Positions 14,366 through 26,737 of a DNA stretch of 48,117 nt are shown in pieces. The notes under the pieces were generated by a model that ran no database searches, was not told where the DNA came from, and saw only the letters and a program-made list of their open reading frames with translations. Positions within the stretch are counted from its first letter, which is position 1. Each line of letters begins with the position of its first letter. The stretch comes from Dimargaris cristalligena (lineage: Eukaryota): positions 1-48,117 of the forward strand of contig ML002282.1 in the NCBI GenBank assembly GCA_003614675.1, read 5' to 3'. A program made the position numbers and the translations under genes.

Positions 14366-16314
14366 AATTCGGATAGCATGCCTGTTTTTTTATCTCTTTT
14401 TTTTTAAAAAAAAAATCCAACCTCTAATTGTTCTTGCTATTCCCTATTTCCCACATATACCTAAAGTCGAATCCAAAGCGAATCGCTTATTTCTATCCTT
14501 TGTGTTCACCCTCACCTCGTCTTATATTTATAAATATATAACGCCTCTATTTTTCTGTATTGGTATCACCTGCCTCTTCCTTAATGTGACGGCATCGTGA
14601 TAGAGATTTGGAGGACGCAATGCCCATTAATATTCGATTACCAGGTATAGACTGATCCCCAGGTACATTTCTTAATCATATTTTCGAATTGTCGCCTGCA
14701 CACTTTACACCAACCAGCCCATTCGGATTCTAGACCCGCGGCCACATTTGGTTGTTTTAAAAACGTGAGTGTGGTGCTGTTAGGCGGTCCACGGCCAAGG
14801 TCCAATGCCCGACCATCAATTTCACTAATGATCAGGACGGTGAAATAGGTGATTGTGGATGTTTTTTATTTAGCGATAACGACGATAAACAGTATGTCAA
14901 GGCGAATAGAGGGGAAGGACATTACATCCCCAAGAAATGCCAGCCCCAATCGGCGATTCAATATGACTCCCTTATAGACCATATAATATAAAGAACACAG
15001 CTCAACTATTTGAACCTCGAAAATACATTGAATCAAAAGAAGCGACTACTTCCGGTCCTCCCCCGATAATAGAAGGGCCTTTCTGAAATAGCCAATTGCA
15101 TTCTGCTCATAACTCGAATATCATTTATATTATGGATGAAATCCAGCACGACTGTATAAGATTTTGAATAATACATGTATGAGAAAATATGTGGGAGATC
15201 TATCTTTAACTAGTGGCCTTTGCCTCATTCGACGGATATTTGGTTATATAGTCTGGTTGGACTTCTCCCATATATATTAAAATAGTTGGTAAATAACAGG
15301 ACAATGTACCTTCAATAGCCTGGTGGAATTATAAACTCGGGGCATTTATTAGAAATAGTAGTAAAGGGGGGATAGGGACCGTACTCTAAACTTAACTGGT
15401 GCGGTGCGGCTGGTAGTAGAGTTCTTTCGAGCTGAGTGGGCTATTCTTTAAAGGGCAACCATGATATTAGGGTGACGGGGTAATGGGAGGGGTGGCCGTT
15501 GGGAAGCCATCTGCGATTCGGGGCGTTTGCTGGACAGGATTAGATTCAGATAGAGTAACAATCCAGTGTTGGAGGGAAGGTTAGTAGCAGGCCAGAAAGG
15601 CATCACTTGGCCAAGGGTACCCATTTCTGGATGGAAACATGCCAATTAGTTAAGGTATTTGGGTATCAGGTGGAACTTCTATCCAAGCTGACGCAGTTAT
15701 GGAGTGCCATTACAAGTAGAGACCAGCTAATCAAATCGTACATTTGGAAGACCGGTTTATACTTTTGAGATGGTTTTTTTTGTGGGCGCAGCATCCCTTC
15801 AGTTCGTGTTTTATGTTGACATACCTAATGGATAGGTAGGTGGCAATTGTTGAAAAATAGGTTGTCTAGCTCTCAATAATCAGCCGCGGCACCCCCAATG
15901 TACTGGCTGATACTTTAAGGGAAGTCAATCAAGTCATACAAGAGCAAATTATATATGTGCAGTATGTTTACGATTGGGGCTTTAATATATTTTATGAAGT
16001 GTTTTAAACAGGTGGATATTAGATAATCCTACGGCACCCGCAGGATGCTTGGATTTTCATTGACAGAGTCATGTTCCTTAGAATATTTGGAATCCCCTTA
16101 TCCGCGCATGTATACCTAGCCCCGGGGGGCTTATGATATATCATTAATTGACGCACCCTGCTTTGAAATAGGCAGTAGTAGTGTTAATACAGTATATAAT
16201 CGATAAAAGCAGACATTTTGCTTTAAACTTGATTGTGAGCGCCGTTATTTGTATATCCATGTAGTATACAAATGGTATCCGGGCATGGGATGGTAGCCAA
16301 CATTTTTTACGGGG

Positions 16315-17077
16315 TTAGTGCCGGAGCTGGCGATTCCTTCTTGCCAAGTCATTGTGTTTGGGAATGACTCTATTACGTATGTGCTTCAGCTGAACCAGTT
16401 CCCGAGCATCATTAGGCTTAATGGCCACAATCTTGGATATGTCTCGGTCATGGGTCATGTCTTCGATGGCTATTTCATTCACCTTCTGCTCCATACGCTC
16501 GCCTGATTCGGCATCAGTGAGACCTCTGGGATCGTATAGAACGCACAGGGCCATATCACAGGTATCTGGATTAGAGCAGGGGCTGGATGCATTATAGTCC
16601 ACATAATACAGGCGGACGGCTAAGTGCCGCCGAGCCATAATAACACGAAGCTGGTCAAGGTAGTCGACATTGCGTTCTTCGATGTTGATGGTGCGGTTTC
16701 CAGTGTTCAGAGCGTGGAGTGAATACACCCAGCGATGGGCTAGACTGGTTGGGCTGATAGAATACCGTGTACCAATGGCTGATGTTCGGTACATTCCTCC
16801 TAGTAAATGTGGAACCAAAGAGCAGTGTGGTGTATTGAAGATAGAAGAGGGGTCGAGGGTTAGAGTTATAATACTTGTTGGGGGCCAGGCGGCTTATTAA
16901 TCCGCTCGCGTATATGGCAACGTTTAAGTTAATGGGGCGACAGAGTTATTTTGCTTACTTGAATTGATGGTAATGGTCGGGGATAGGACAAGTTCGTTGG
17001 TGCGAGTTAATTGAATGGCCAATGTGATAAGTATGGCGAGCCCACGATAATGACAATAGGGAAGGTGTAGTATCCAT
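16315..17077 (-). pseudogene. Hypothetical, probably decayed two-exon gene of unknown function
   Basis: 167-codon ORF 16315..16818 plus a canonical-looking intron 16958-16800 (GTAAGC donor, CTAAC branch, pyrimidine tract, CTAG acceptor). The upstream exon has a hydrophobic stretch (GLAILITLAIQL) in the matching phase, but the nearest ATG (17077) is out of frame. Confidence 0.3.
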
Positions 17078-18374
17078 TAAATTCACTAACGAGGAGGATT
17101 TGTAGTTTCTTTTATACGTTAAAACTCGTATAAGGCACCACTACCCCCTCCCGAGTGCCAATTGGAAACGCTGGGTTGCTGCGCCCACTCTTTCCCACTT
17201 AGTTGGAAGGTTCATGAATAAACGTGTACCAGTAGATTCCGCCTCATTTGTCATCTGATTCATCCGACCCAGACGGCTATATTTGGAAAATCCATGATAT
17301 GAACAGGAAAGGAGGGCTTCGTGGGATATTCAACTGTGTTTAATGGATGCGCTGGTAAAAAAGGATATTCGGTCTAGAATTATGCACAATATGTAACTAT
17401 CAATACACCAATGTTCATTTTCATACCAAGTTTCCAAATTGACATTGTTGTAGTACGTTGGGTGGGATGGTTGTTACGGCGTGGTGCTTGGGCTATGACG
17501 TGGAGGTAGCAATGAGGAATGACTTCATCAACCCATTGTCTATATTTTAAGTGGGGCGGTCAGAGCGATAGGGGGATATAATTTGTCCTTAACTCCTCGA
17601 TATAATCTTTGAAGCATTCGTTCAAAACCTGCGAAAGTTTCTAATCAATGGAGTAGTGGATTGGTTTCGCTATTGAGTTTTGTTGGTTGGAGAGTGCTCA
17701 TATATAAGCTACGGTAACAGGAGTATTGGTCGACCGCCTTGTAGCCACCGCGACTCGCAAGGGCTGCGTTAATTTCGAATATATGTTTGTTAGGCCCGTA
17801 CTGGAAATTGATGTATTATGCTATAGGTAGATGGTAACCCTTTTTACTTCATAAATAGAGGGCTAAAGTTCCCCCAATGTTGAATAGCTTCGACAGTGCA
17901 TCCACTACTATACGTTGGTTATCATGTAATAGGGTATAAGTTGGATCCAGCCCATTGTAATAGTGGCAATAATTTCCTAAAGCCACAGTGTAGGGGAAAA
18001 CAAGCGGGCGAGTCTCACAGTGGGGAAATAAATGGGACCACCTGGCCGGATTTTCCCCCACGACCTCTACCCAAGGCCAACCACAAAGATAAACAGTTGT
18101 CCCCCAATAGTCCAACCATAGGCGAGCCAATCTCCAAGTCCCCTCCCCCCACCAAATTGCGTTAGGGCTGTGTGGTACAGTTTTATTTTGGCCACGACAG
18201 ATTCATCCCCCCCCACACACACACAAAATGTAATTGATAGTGCAAAGTGGATTTTTGGAGTCGACGACGGATAGTGAAAACCAGACATCTAAACGCCAAT
18301 TAAGCACTCTCCCTCTTTTTCGTACTTATCCACCGAATTGTACACTTTATTGTCCCTTCGACTTCGTCAACGAG

Positions 18375-18989
18375 GTAAGCACTACGTTCCTGCATACCAT
18401 CCACCCCACCACCAACGAGAGAATAGCAGCCCGTAAGAGCGATTCCAGACTCCACCCTCTAGTGCAAACCAAGAAGCGGGTCCCGATACCCATCCATCCA
18501 TCCGTCCGTCGAACACCCATTACGCCCCGGACAATTTGTCAAAATGAAACCGATCTTCACGACCACGTCCTCTCCCACGATCGCCAAGTTATGAAACCAT
18601 CCATCCGAGCGTTCGCTACCTTAAACACCCACTTGACGGTTGGGACGCATCCGTGAATCTTCGACAATGCTCTCTATTTGACTGAATGGATGCACGAACA
18701 AACGGTCCGCTCTGATGCTGGCGAGAAGGAGAAGGGAGGTCAAAACGACGGACCGGTCACGGTTCATAATCTGCGCAACTTGGAGATTCTATCCCAACCT
18801 CGATCGGGAGCCTGCCGAATCTTACATCGTCTCAATACCACTCTCGAGATGGAGCCGGGCTGCACCTAATCCTCCCTCATCGCCTTCCCCATATGAGATC
18901 CCACCTGCCAATCCCCCTTGTAACTCATCCGTATTCCTCTTTCTCTTACCCATTGCCTCTATTAATCACATAACTCCCAATTTCTGCAG
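18375..18989 (+). other. 5'UTR intron of RPS16 (615 nt) with a nested stem-loop element
   Basis: GAG|GTAAGC donor at 18375; pyrimidine tract and TTCTGCAG acceptor at 18989, 25 nt before the ATG; pyrimidine-rich (TOP-like) putative start region near 18307. Confidence 0.7.
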
Positions 18990-19014
18990 GTACGATATCA
19001 TACCATTTCGAACT

Positions 19015-19437
19015 ATGCAGGCTGTGCAAACTTTCGGACGTAAGAAGAACGCCCTGGCCGTTGCCCATTGCAAGGCCGGTAAGGGTCTGATCAAGGTCAA
19101 CGGTTCCCCCATCAACCTGGTGGAGCCCGAGATCCTCCGCTTCAAGGTGTACGAGCCCATCCTGGTGCTCGGCGAGGACAAGTTCGCCCACGTCGATATC
19201 CGCGTGTCCGTCCGCGGTGGTGGTCACGTCTCCCAGGTCTACGCCATCCGCCAGGCTATCGCCAAGGCCATCGTGTCGTACTACCAGAAGTTCGTCGACG
19301 AAGTCTCCAAGAAGGAGATCAAGGATACTCTCGTCGCTTACGACCGGACCCTCCTCGTCGCCGATCCCCGTCGCACTGAACCCAAGAAGTTCGGTGGTCC
19401 AGGTGCCCGCTCGCGTTTCCAGAAGTCTTACCGTTAA
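19015..19437 (+). CDS. RPS16: 40S ribosomal protein S16 (uS9), 140 aa
   Basis: [30 protein letters not shown]...[17 protein letters not shown]...[31 protein letters not shown]; strong C-ending codon bias. True start is ATG 19015, not 18715. Confidence 0.98.
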   Translation: MQAVQTFGRKKNALAVAHCKAGKGLIKVNGSPINLVEPEILRFKVYEPILVLGEDKFAHVDIRVSVRGGGHVSQVYAIRQAIAKAIVSYYQKFVDEVSKKEIKDTLVAYDRTLLVADPRRTEPKKFGGPGARSRFQKSYR

Positions 19438-20252
19438 AATGTTTACAATTTTTACGCGCAACACACACACATACCCTCCTTCACCTACAACTTCCCCCCT
19501 CTCACTCCCCCGTTTGTTATGTGCACCGGCTCATTTCATTTCTACGAGAAATTCCACTCCTTTTCAGTCGACGGCCTCCCTGAATGCCCTTATGTTTACG
19601 GTGCTAACTCTCGTTTGTTGTCTGTGCTGTTGCGTTTAGTCAGCCTCGTCCTTCTCCCCCCCTCCCTGTACTAAAACGGCCATTTAGTTACACCTGCCGA
19701 AATGGGTTGTATGGGATAAATGCGTGTGTTGGTCATCAATAAATATATTGCCATCATAGATGTCTTGGTCTGAGTAATTGTGAATGTATACTTGTGATGT
19801 TTTGTCAGGGTGTATAAGGAATCCCTTTTGGCGGATGTGATTATTTTAGCTGATTGAAGATATATATTCGCTGCCTGGGATGCCATTTGTAATTTGTGCC
19901 AACTCCCTAATATTAGGACTGAATTATATCCGTGTGGTTACAGCCAAGTCGGTCCTGATAGTTTTGGTCAAATCTCTTGATAGATGTTTGGCCATATTCG
20001 AGACACTGCTAAATTCCCTTAACTGAAAAAAACAATATTAACGCGAGCAGCTATAGATTATACGATCATGAAATTTATTGATTAGGTCAAGAATATAATG
20101 AATGTCACTAAAAACAAATGGACAGTAGGTGGTGTTACAGCTAGGTAATTTCAGCAAATAAGTACAGTCAGCACGTTTATTCCGCGGGTCGCGAGGGGGT
20201 TGGCGTTATTGTTGGTGTTGGTGATGGCGATGATATGTTCAATGCATCTCGG

Positions 20253-23200
20253 TCAGTTAGATCCCCCCGTTGATTTTAACACATTGGTGAGGAGCCGATT
20301 AGTGACATCCCGCACCGCCGTATCGACCCACAGGTCGGAATAGGGTAGCCAGGTACGTGATTCATCCAAAAGCATCGGGTCACCACCACGCTCCACCGTT
20401 GCATCGGATCTGGCCACAATTTGCATGCTGACCTCCGGATTATCCGGTGGGGGAAACCGGAAATTAGGGCCACTGTTAACAACCACGGCACCGCCCCGAT
20501 AGACTGACACCATCGGGTAATATCCGGGGCGGGCGGCATCCCAGTACTCGGCTAATACGGCACTTGTACTGGTGGAAGGGAACGTGTTGGCGTTGGTGTT
20601 GGTATGGTTATGGATAGGAGTAGGGGTAGAGGTTGAAGGAGATATACCAGACGATGCAGGGGACGGGGGTTCATCCTTGCGCTGGGCGGGGCTGGGTTTC
20701 ATGGCTATAGGTACGGCAAATGCCATGTCACTGCCATTGGATTTGGTCGTTGGTTTAGCGCCTACTCGGGAATTCTCGGAAAAGAAGGTTGGGGCAGGTG
20801 ATGGTAACGGCGAGTCCGCCAGGGGAGTCCCGGAAGTCGGCAGGGTGGTTGGTGATGGTTTAGTTGGTTGGGGACGGGCGCCGCCCGCGGCCTTGGCACT
20901 CCCTGCCGCTGGTCCCCTTTTCCGGGGGGCTCCCCCACTCCCTCCACCCGATGGTAATTTGGTGGGTGAAGCCAGGCCCATTCCTACCATACCGTTCCAG
21001 TCCGAGCCACCTGTCGGAGTACCTGCGGGGAAGGTCCCCCCTGGTCCGGGGGTCCGATTATGGGCCGGTGGAAGGGAGGGTAGCCAAGAATGGAGTTGAC
21101 CAAATGCTACGCCGAGGCACTTGCCATTTTTGTAAACGATGATCTTGGAGCCCGGTAAAAGGGACTGGGTGCTGATGGTAGGGGTGGCGGCGGCGGCCGA
21201 GGACTTGCCCCGTGTGGAATGGTGGGAACCGAAGCCCCCTCCTCCGGCCGGAATGGTCGAGAGGGGGGATGATACCCCACCACCGGGGGGTTTATGACTA
21301 TGTTTACCCCGCCCCGGCCCGGATTTCCGGATCGGCTCGGTATACGGGCAACATGGAGAAGGAGGGTGGGGAAGGGGAGTGTGCCATGCGGAACCGAACG
21401 CCAGCGGACCCGGTCGGGTATCAGAGCTCACATCCCCCGTGCGCAAATAGGATTGGCCCTGAATGGTGACCATGGCGGGCCGGATGCCCTCGTTAAGGAT
21501 GGGGGGCCGCTCACTGTTGTAGAGGCGCCCCTGGAGCGCGGCCTGTTGGCGGCGGGTAGCAAACTCATCGAATTCGGGCAGTCGGGGAATAGAAATAAGC
21601 AGGCCTATCGTATCACCCGTCCGAAACGTGGCGTTAAAAGGGAGACGTTTCCCGTTGTGTAAGGTGTCCCCGGATTCATCGCGGATTCCGTATCCGAATT
21701 TATCGCAGCCGACCGGTCCGTCCAGGGTGGCTGTTTAGTTAGGGGGAACATGGATTACAACAAGCAGCGATGCATAGTGGATGAGGGCCGTTAGGCATGG
21801 TGGGTTATCGGTTACTAATTCATAAGAAATCGATATACCTTCATAACATACTAAATGGATAATAACCCAGTAAGAATCAGTTGTTTTTAAATATGGGAGA
21901 AGTTCATTCAGGCTGTATAGTGAAAAATCCGTTGGATGAGGCCAATATTACTGGCTGAAAATGAACCACCCACTCATTGTCTCGTACACTTGTCATTTAA
22001 ATCCCTATACAGCTGAGTCGAATATCACCCATATATACGCAGAGGATGAATCGAAGCTGCAGTGGGACTGAGGCTTACCTTGGGGAAGTCCGAACCCGAG
22101 GCGGACGTGCGGCAATCCCTGGCCAGGCTGGGCCGCGGTAATAAAATACTCGATAAAATATTGGCCATCCGTTATGGGGTACACGCCCCGGATGCTACGA
22201 AACCCGCCCGTAGTAGTGACGCGAGTACCTCCCTCAGTAACCTTTAGGTTGGGATTGCGATCCTGGTAACTCAGAGCCCGCGATCGTAACTGGGGCTGAT
22301 CCGACGTCGTCGGTCCGGTGGAGGGGTAATAGTAATTAAGCAGGGAACCCGGTGGGGGGCATCCCGTCTTCCAGCTGTTTCCTGGTGTAGGTAGGGCACA
22401 ACAACAGGGAGTATACACCAGGCCGGGTTCATTGACGGCATCTAGTGGGGGGTCAACGTAATGAACTGTACGCTTAGGTGAATGGATAGCAAGGGTAGAA
22501 AAATAGGAGCTTCCCGTACCGTTGGTGGTACTTGGTTTTTCGGCGCGTGGCGCTTTCTTCGGATTGGCTCGGCTAGGTTCTACTTTGACCTCGATGGGGG
22601 GAAAGTTAGCGGCCGGGGAAGTGACCGAGGTTGCCGACGTTGGACAACCCGAGGCCGTACCCGAGACCGGGACGACTAGACCAAAGGGAGACTCGCCGAT
22701 GGTCTGAGCGAACCGCTTGGCAAAGGATAGACTCTTATTCTGGGCCTTGGCGTTGGGTGCGATCGGAACGGTGGTACCGGCTTTTTCCGCATCCCCGGCT
22801 CCCGCTCCAGCTCCAGCTCCAACTCCAGTTCCTGGCCCGGCCAGTAATTCCTCCTCGACCACTGCTGGGTCCGTGGAAGAATCTAGGGGGCGCTTCTTAG
22901 TTTTAGAGGAGTGTTTGGCTCGGTTACTGTCTTTGGGCTTTGCGGCACTTGGGGTAGTCGACAGAGCGGTGGGTCCCGCTGACCGATGGGGGCGCGGGGG
23001 GATCGCACCAGGGCGGAAATTCCATAAATTGACGTCCATTAAGCGAAAATCCGAGGCCGCTGTTCGGCGACCGCCATCTTTGGTGATAAATACATTGTTG
23101 ACGGTATACAGACAGGAGCCTAGCGTAGCCCACCAGGTGGTAGTACGGGACCGGAACGTGCAGAGGGCCTTCCAATTCGCATCCACAAAGGGTACGATGT

Positions 23201-24251
23201 CCTGTTTGTTGAAATAGCATTCGGGCAGGGGGTGGGTCTCCATCTGGGCGGAATATAGGTGGTCGGGGTCCCAATGGTTCCGCAGGTAATTAAGAGTCAG
23301 GTTAGCGATGGTGGTGGCACAAATGTCCTTCCAGCCGGCCGAGGTGCGCTGGTACTCCTCCTCCACTTCCAAGAATAAATCAAGAGGAGGAGCGGGTTCG
23401 GGTGGTTCAACTACCGGGGGTGGAGGGGCTGGCTCGGATATTGTCATTCGATTAACATTAGGTGGGCTGATTTCCTTTAGGGGGGCGGGTGATTCCACCA
23501 AAGGAGGAGTTGGGGCTTTTGCGGCCTCTGAATCGGGAGCGGAGGAGGGTGGTTGTGGTTGTGGTACACTTTCGGTGGGGCAGGTTGGGACATCTAGAGT
23601 GGGGAGCTCGGGGATATCATCGATATTCGAATCATCCCTAAGGGATGGGTCAAGCTCGGGAGACGATAGGTCTGAGGAATCGTCCGACGAAGCCATGGAC
23701 AAATCACTGAGGGAACTGGTGGATAGGGGCGAGCTGGTGGGATATGCTGCTAGACCGATAGACTTGGGGGGCGATGGGGGGGCAGTCGGTGGCGGGCTTG
23801 ACTTGATGGGTATATCAGTCAAGATTGCCGGACTTTCCGTGTCACCCGTGGGGGGAGGCGCTGGGGAAGCCTGTAATACAGTCGCTGCCGGTGGCGACGG
23901 CAACGACGGCAGCGGGGGAGTGGGCGGCATAGGTTCAGGTGGGGTGATTTCACTTCGACTTCCAGGGGGCGCTACTGGCGGTACGGCAAGACGTGGCGAA
24001 TGAGGATGGGCTGCTCGCCAAACACAACGGCGGCATTTGAGTTGGTAATTGGTCACGAGCGGGACGATGGGGCCCAGAGGAACGCGTAGGCAGCGCTCAT
24101 GGAACCAATTGAGGCATTGGTGGCATTGCAAACAGACATCGAGAATACTTCGGTCTTCGCCACAGTAACAATATTGGTGTTCGGCGTTGGTGGTATGGGC
24201 TTCATTCCAAGTGAGGCTATCAGGGTCATAGGGCGGCGGATCGGCAGACAT
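20253..24251 (-). CDS. ASH2: Set1/COMPASS subunit Ash2 (PHD - winged helix - SPRY); exons 24251-22079 and 21730-20253
   Basis: N-terminal PHD YCYCG..CLQCHQCLNWFHERCL..CRRC; winged helix (WKDICATTIANL..FVDANW..TTWWATLGSCL); SPRY (GFRSIRG..HVRLGFG|ATLDGPVGCDKFGYGIRD..GSKIIVYKNG..YYPMVSVYRGG..NSGPNFRFPP). Phase-1 intron 22078-21731 (GTAAGC..CTAAC..CAG) joins the two ORFs in frame. Confidence 0.92.
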
Positions 24252-25008
24252 GGTAAGAGAATCTCTTATACGGCATGGGCCATGCGGGAGGGGAAAGCTT
24301 GGTGAACTTTTTTAATAAAAATGTGGACAGGGAGGGGCGGTACAGAGTACTACCACCTGGGCAAGGCAAGGCCAATGATGCGGTGAAGGGAACTGGAGGG
24401 AGCCTGTGCGAGATGTATGAGCTGAATGGGTAATTGACAGTACAAGGGACGGGGGGCGGAACGCTTCGCTAATTTTGAAAGAAAATATTAGGGGAATGGG
24501 GAGTTAAAGCAATAGTGGCTTGAATGTGGGCATTTGCTGGAATGGGGGTAAAATAACGGCAGGCTGTGCACATCCGTCTTTGTAGGCTTTATACTATACT
24601 AGCATGGGTATGGGATTGGATCGGTTCGGTTCGATGTTCATGTATTTGGGACTACGGCCAATTTGGGTGGGCAAAGAGTGGGAACAGTGAGACACGCCAA
24701 TGTGAGATAAAGGAAAGAAGGGCCCTCCCGTATTCTTTGGCCTTCCAATATTGGCTCCACTCCCCTTTAGCCTCATTACTATTATTGGGTACTCCATTCT
24801 CTTTATTACAGCTGTACCATTATCATACCCACCTACTCATTTTGTTCCAGTCTTTAATTAGGGTGTTCAGAAGGAGTGTCTTTGTCGGTTTGGACGTTAT
24901 TGTGCACTTTTACTGGCTCGTACTGATAGCCCGTTGCAAACAAGACTCGGTTATTTACGGCCTCACCGCCTTTCATTAGACAGTCACGACACGACACAAC
25001 CTCTCGAA
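24252..25008. promoter_or_regulatory. Divergent (bidirectional) promoter region between ASH2 and ELC1
   Basis: Head-to-head start codons ~760 bp apart with no coding signal between them. Confidence 0.5.
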
Positions 25009-25564
25009 ATGAGCCTTAACGAACAGCAGGGTATGATTTCCCCGGAAGCCAGAGCGAGCTTAGATGAAGGAACTTCTTTTTTCCCTCGTCTTTGACGGTT
25101 AAGTAGATATACCGACAACCTAAACTGACCAGGAGGGGTGAGAGGATATTATATGCAACCCTATCCAATTCATTACCCGTACCTATGTTTGTCTAACTAT
25201 TCCTTGTCCTTGACGTGTGTCCCTCTAACATCACTCTTGCTGACTTTCGATTTCCACAGATAATGACGACCAGTCGTACATTCGGCTAGTGAGCAACGAC
25301 GGTTTCGTGATGCATATACACAAATCGGTCGCCAAGGGTTCGGGGGCGGTCCGCAACCTTCTGGCCAGCTCCGGGCAGTTTATGGAGTCCAAGACCAACG
25401 AGTTCGCGTTCCGGGATATCCGCGGGCCGATCCTCGAGAAGGTGTGCCAGTACCTGTACTATAAGCACAAGTACGACCAGACCTGGACGGATGTTCCCGA
25501 ATTCCCCATTGAGCCTGAGATTGCGCTGGAGCTGCTTATGACAGCGGATTTCCTGGATGCCTAG
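25009..25564 (+). CDS. ELC1: Elongin C; exons 25009-25030 and 25260-25564
   Basis: MSLNEQQ|DNDDQSYIRLVSNDGF..SGAVRNLL..GQFMES..ILEKVCQYLYYK..VPEFPIEPEIALELLMTADFLDA; phase-1 intron GTATGA(25031)..CTGAC..CACAG(25259). Confidence 0.95.
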
Positions 25565-26134
25565 GAAGTGAGGGGGGGGAGTCCTGCTGCGCATCTTGGA
25601 GATCAACAGGCCTTACTTTCCTCATACTTGCCACCCCAGTTAAAACGATAAATCACGTGTATTTTCCCCGATCTCTTTAGGGATTTTTTTGTACCGCCTG
25701 GGGTTTTTTTATTGGTAGCTGACTTAAAAAAATCGGGACTGTCAAATTACCATTATTACATATTATATAGTGCGCTACTACTGATGCATGGGCTGAACTG
25801 AAATCCGTATACACCTCAACAACACCCCAATTTTTTTCTACGAATGAGCTTGTCTCGTCTCGATAGTTGCATTCCCATTAAACGAGACGAATTATACACA
25901 CCCACCGCCCACACTAGCTGTGTAAGCGTATAGTGGAGTAGAGTAGAGTATAGCAGAAAAGGAGAGTGATTCGTCCACTCACATTGCAAGCGAGTGTAGT
26001 CGAGGGGGCCACTTTATTGAGGCGAATCCCCCTCCCCGAAGCCAAAACTGGACCTAGTAATCCTTTTCCGCTCTAAAACATCGACGGCTCCCCCCCCACC
26101 CACTCTATATGCAAAAAACCCCCTCACCGCCACC

Positions 26135-26737
26135 ATGAACCACTGGAAGCTGAGCACTATAATTTTAGTAGTGGCCATTGGTCTATACGCCGTTGCCTCT
26201 TGGTTCTCTTTGCCTCTTTCCTCGCCTCCCTCCGATCTCTCCCCAACCCCACCCCCCGTCTTCCCCCCCTTCCCTCCCAACCCAGTCACTATGGAACGTA
26301 CTTACATCATGGTCAAGCCCGACGGTGTCGAGCGCGGTCTTGTGGGTGAGATCATCAAGCGGTTCGAACAGAAGGGTTACCAGCTGTTGGCCCTCCAGCT
26401 CATGACCCCTTCCCAGCAGCTCCTGGAGGAACACTACGGCGATCTGGCCGGCAAACCCTTCTTCCCCAAGCTCATCAAGTACATGCTGTCCGGCCCCGTG
26501 GTCGGTATGGTCTGGGCCGGTAAGCAGGTCGTCAAGACCGGTCGCGTCATGCTCGGTGCCACCAACCCCCTCGACTCCGCCCCCGGTACCATCCGCGGTG
26601 ACTTCTGTGTCGATGTCGGTAAGAACCTGTGCCACGGTTCCGACGCTGTCGAGAGCGCCGAGAAGGAAATCGCCCTGTGGTTCCCCAACGGTGTTGCTTC
26701 CTACAAGCGTACCGTCGAGTCCCTCATCTACGAGTAA
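26135..26737 (+). CDS. NDK1: Nucleoside diphosphate kinase (group I); core from ATG 26291, with an in-frame 52-aa hydrophobic/Pro-rich extension from ATG 26135
   Basis: [55 protein letters not shown] (catalytic His)..EIALWF. Upstream ATG is in GCCACCATG context. Confidence 0.95.
   Translation: MNHWKLSTIILVVAIGLYAVASWFSLPLSSPPSDLSPTPPPVFPPFPPNPVTMERTYIMVKPDGVERGLVGEIIKRFEQKGYQLLALQLMTPSQQLLEEHYGDLAGKPFFPKLIKYMLSGPVVGMVWAGKQVVKTGRVMLGATNPLDSAPGTIRGDFCVDVGKNLCHGSDAVESAEKEIALWFPNGVASYKRTVESLIYE

Noticed and set aside
18715-19014. 100-aa N-terminal extension of RPS16 in the ORF track
   Set aside because: Falls almost entirely within the predicted 5'UTR intron; uS9 homology starts at ATG 19015.
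18946-19470. Long antisense ORFs over RPS16 (likewise over NDK, ASH2, MTR10, the HSP20-like gene and forkhead)
   Set aside because: Shadows of strong C/G-ending codon bias; no independent protein features.
25856-25890. TCGTCTCG/CGAGACGA hairpin between ELC1 and NDK as an ncRNA or SECIS
   Set aside because: Only an 8-bp stem, with no box H/ACA, C/D or SECIS core arrangement.
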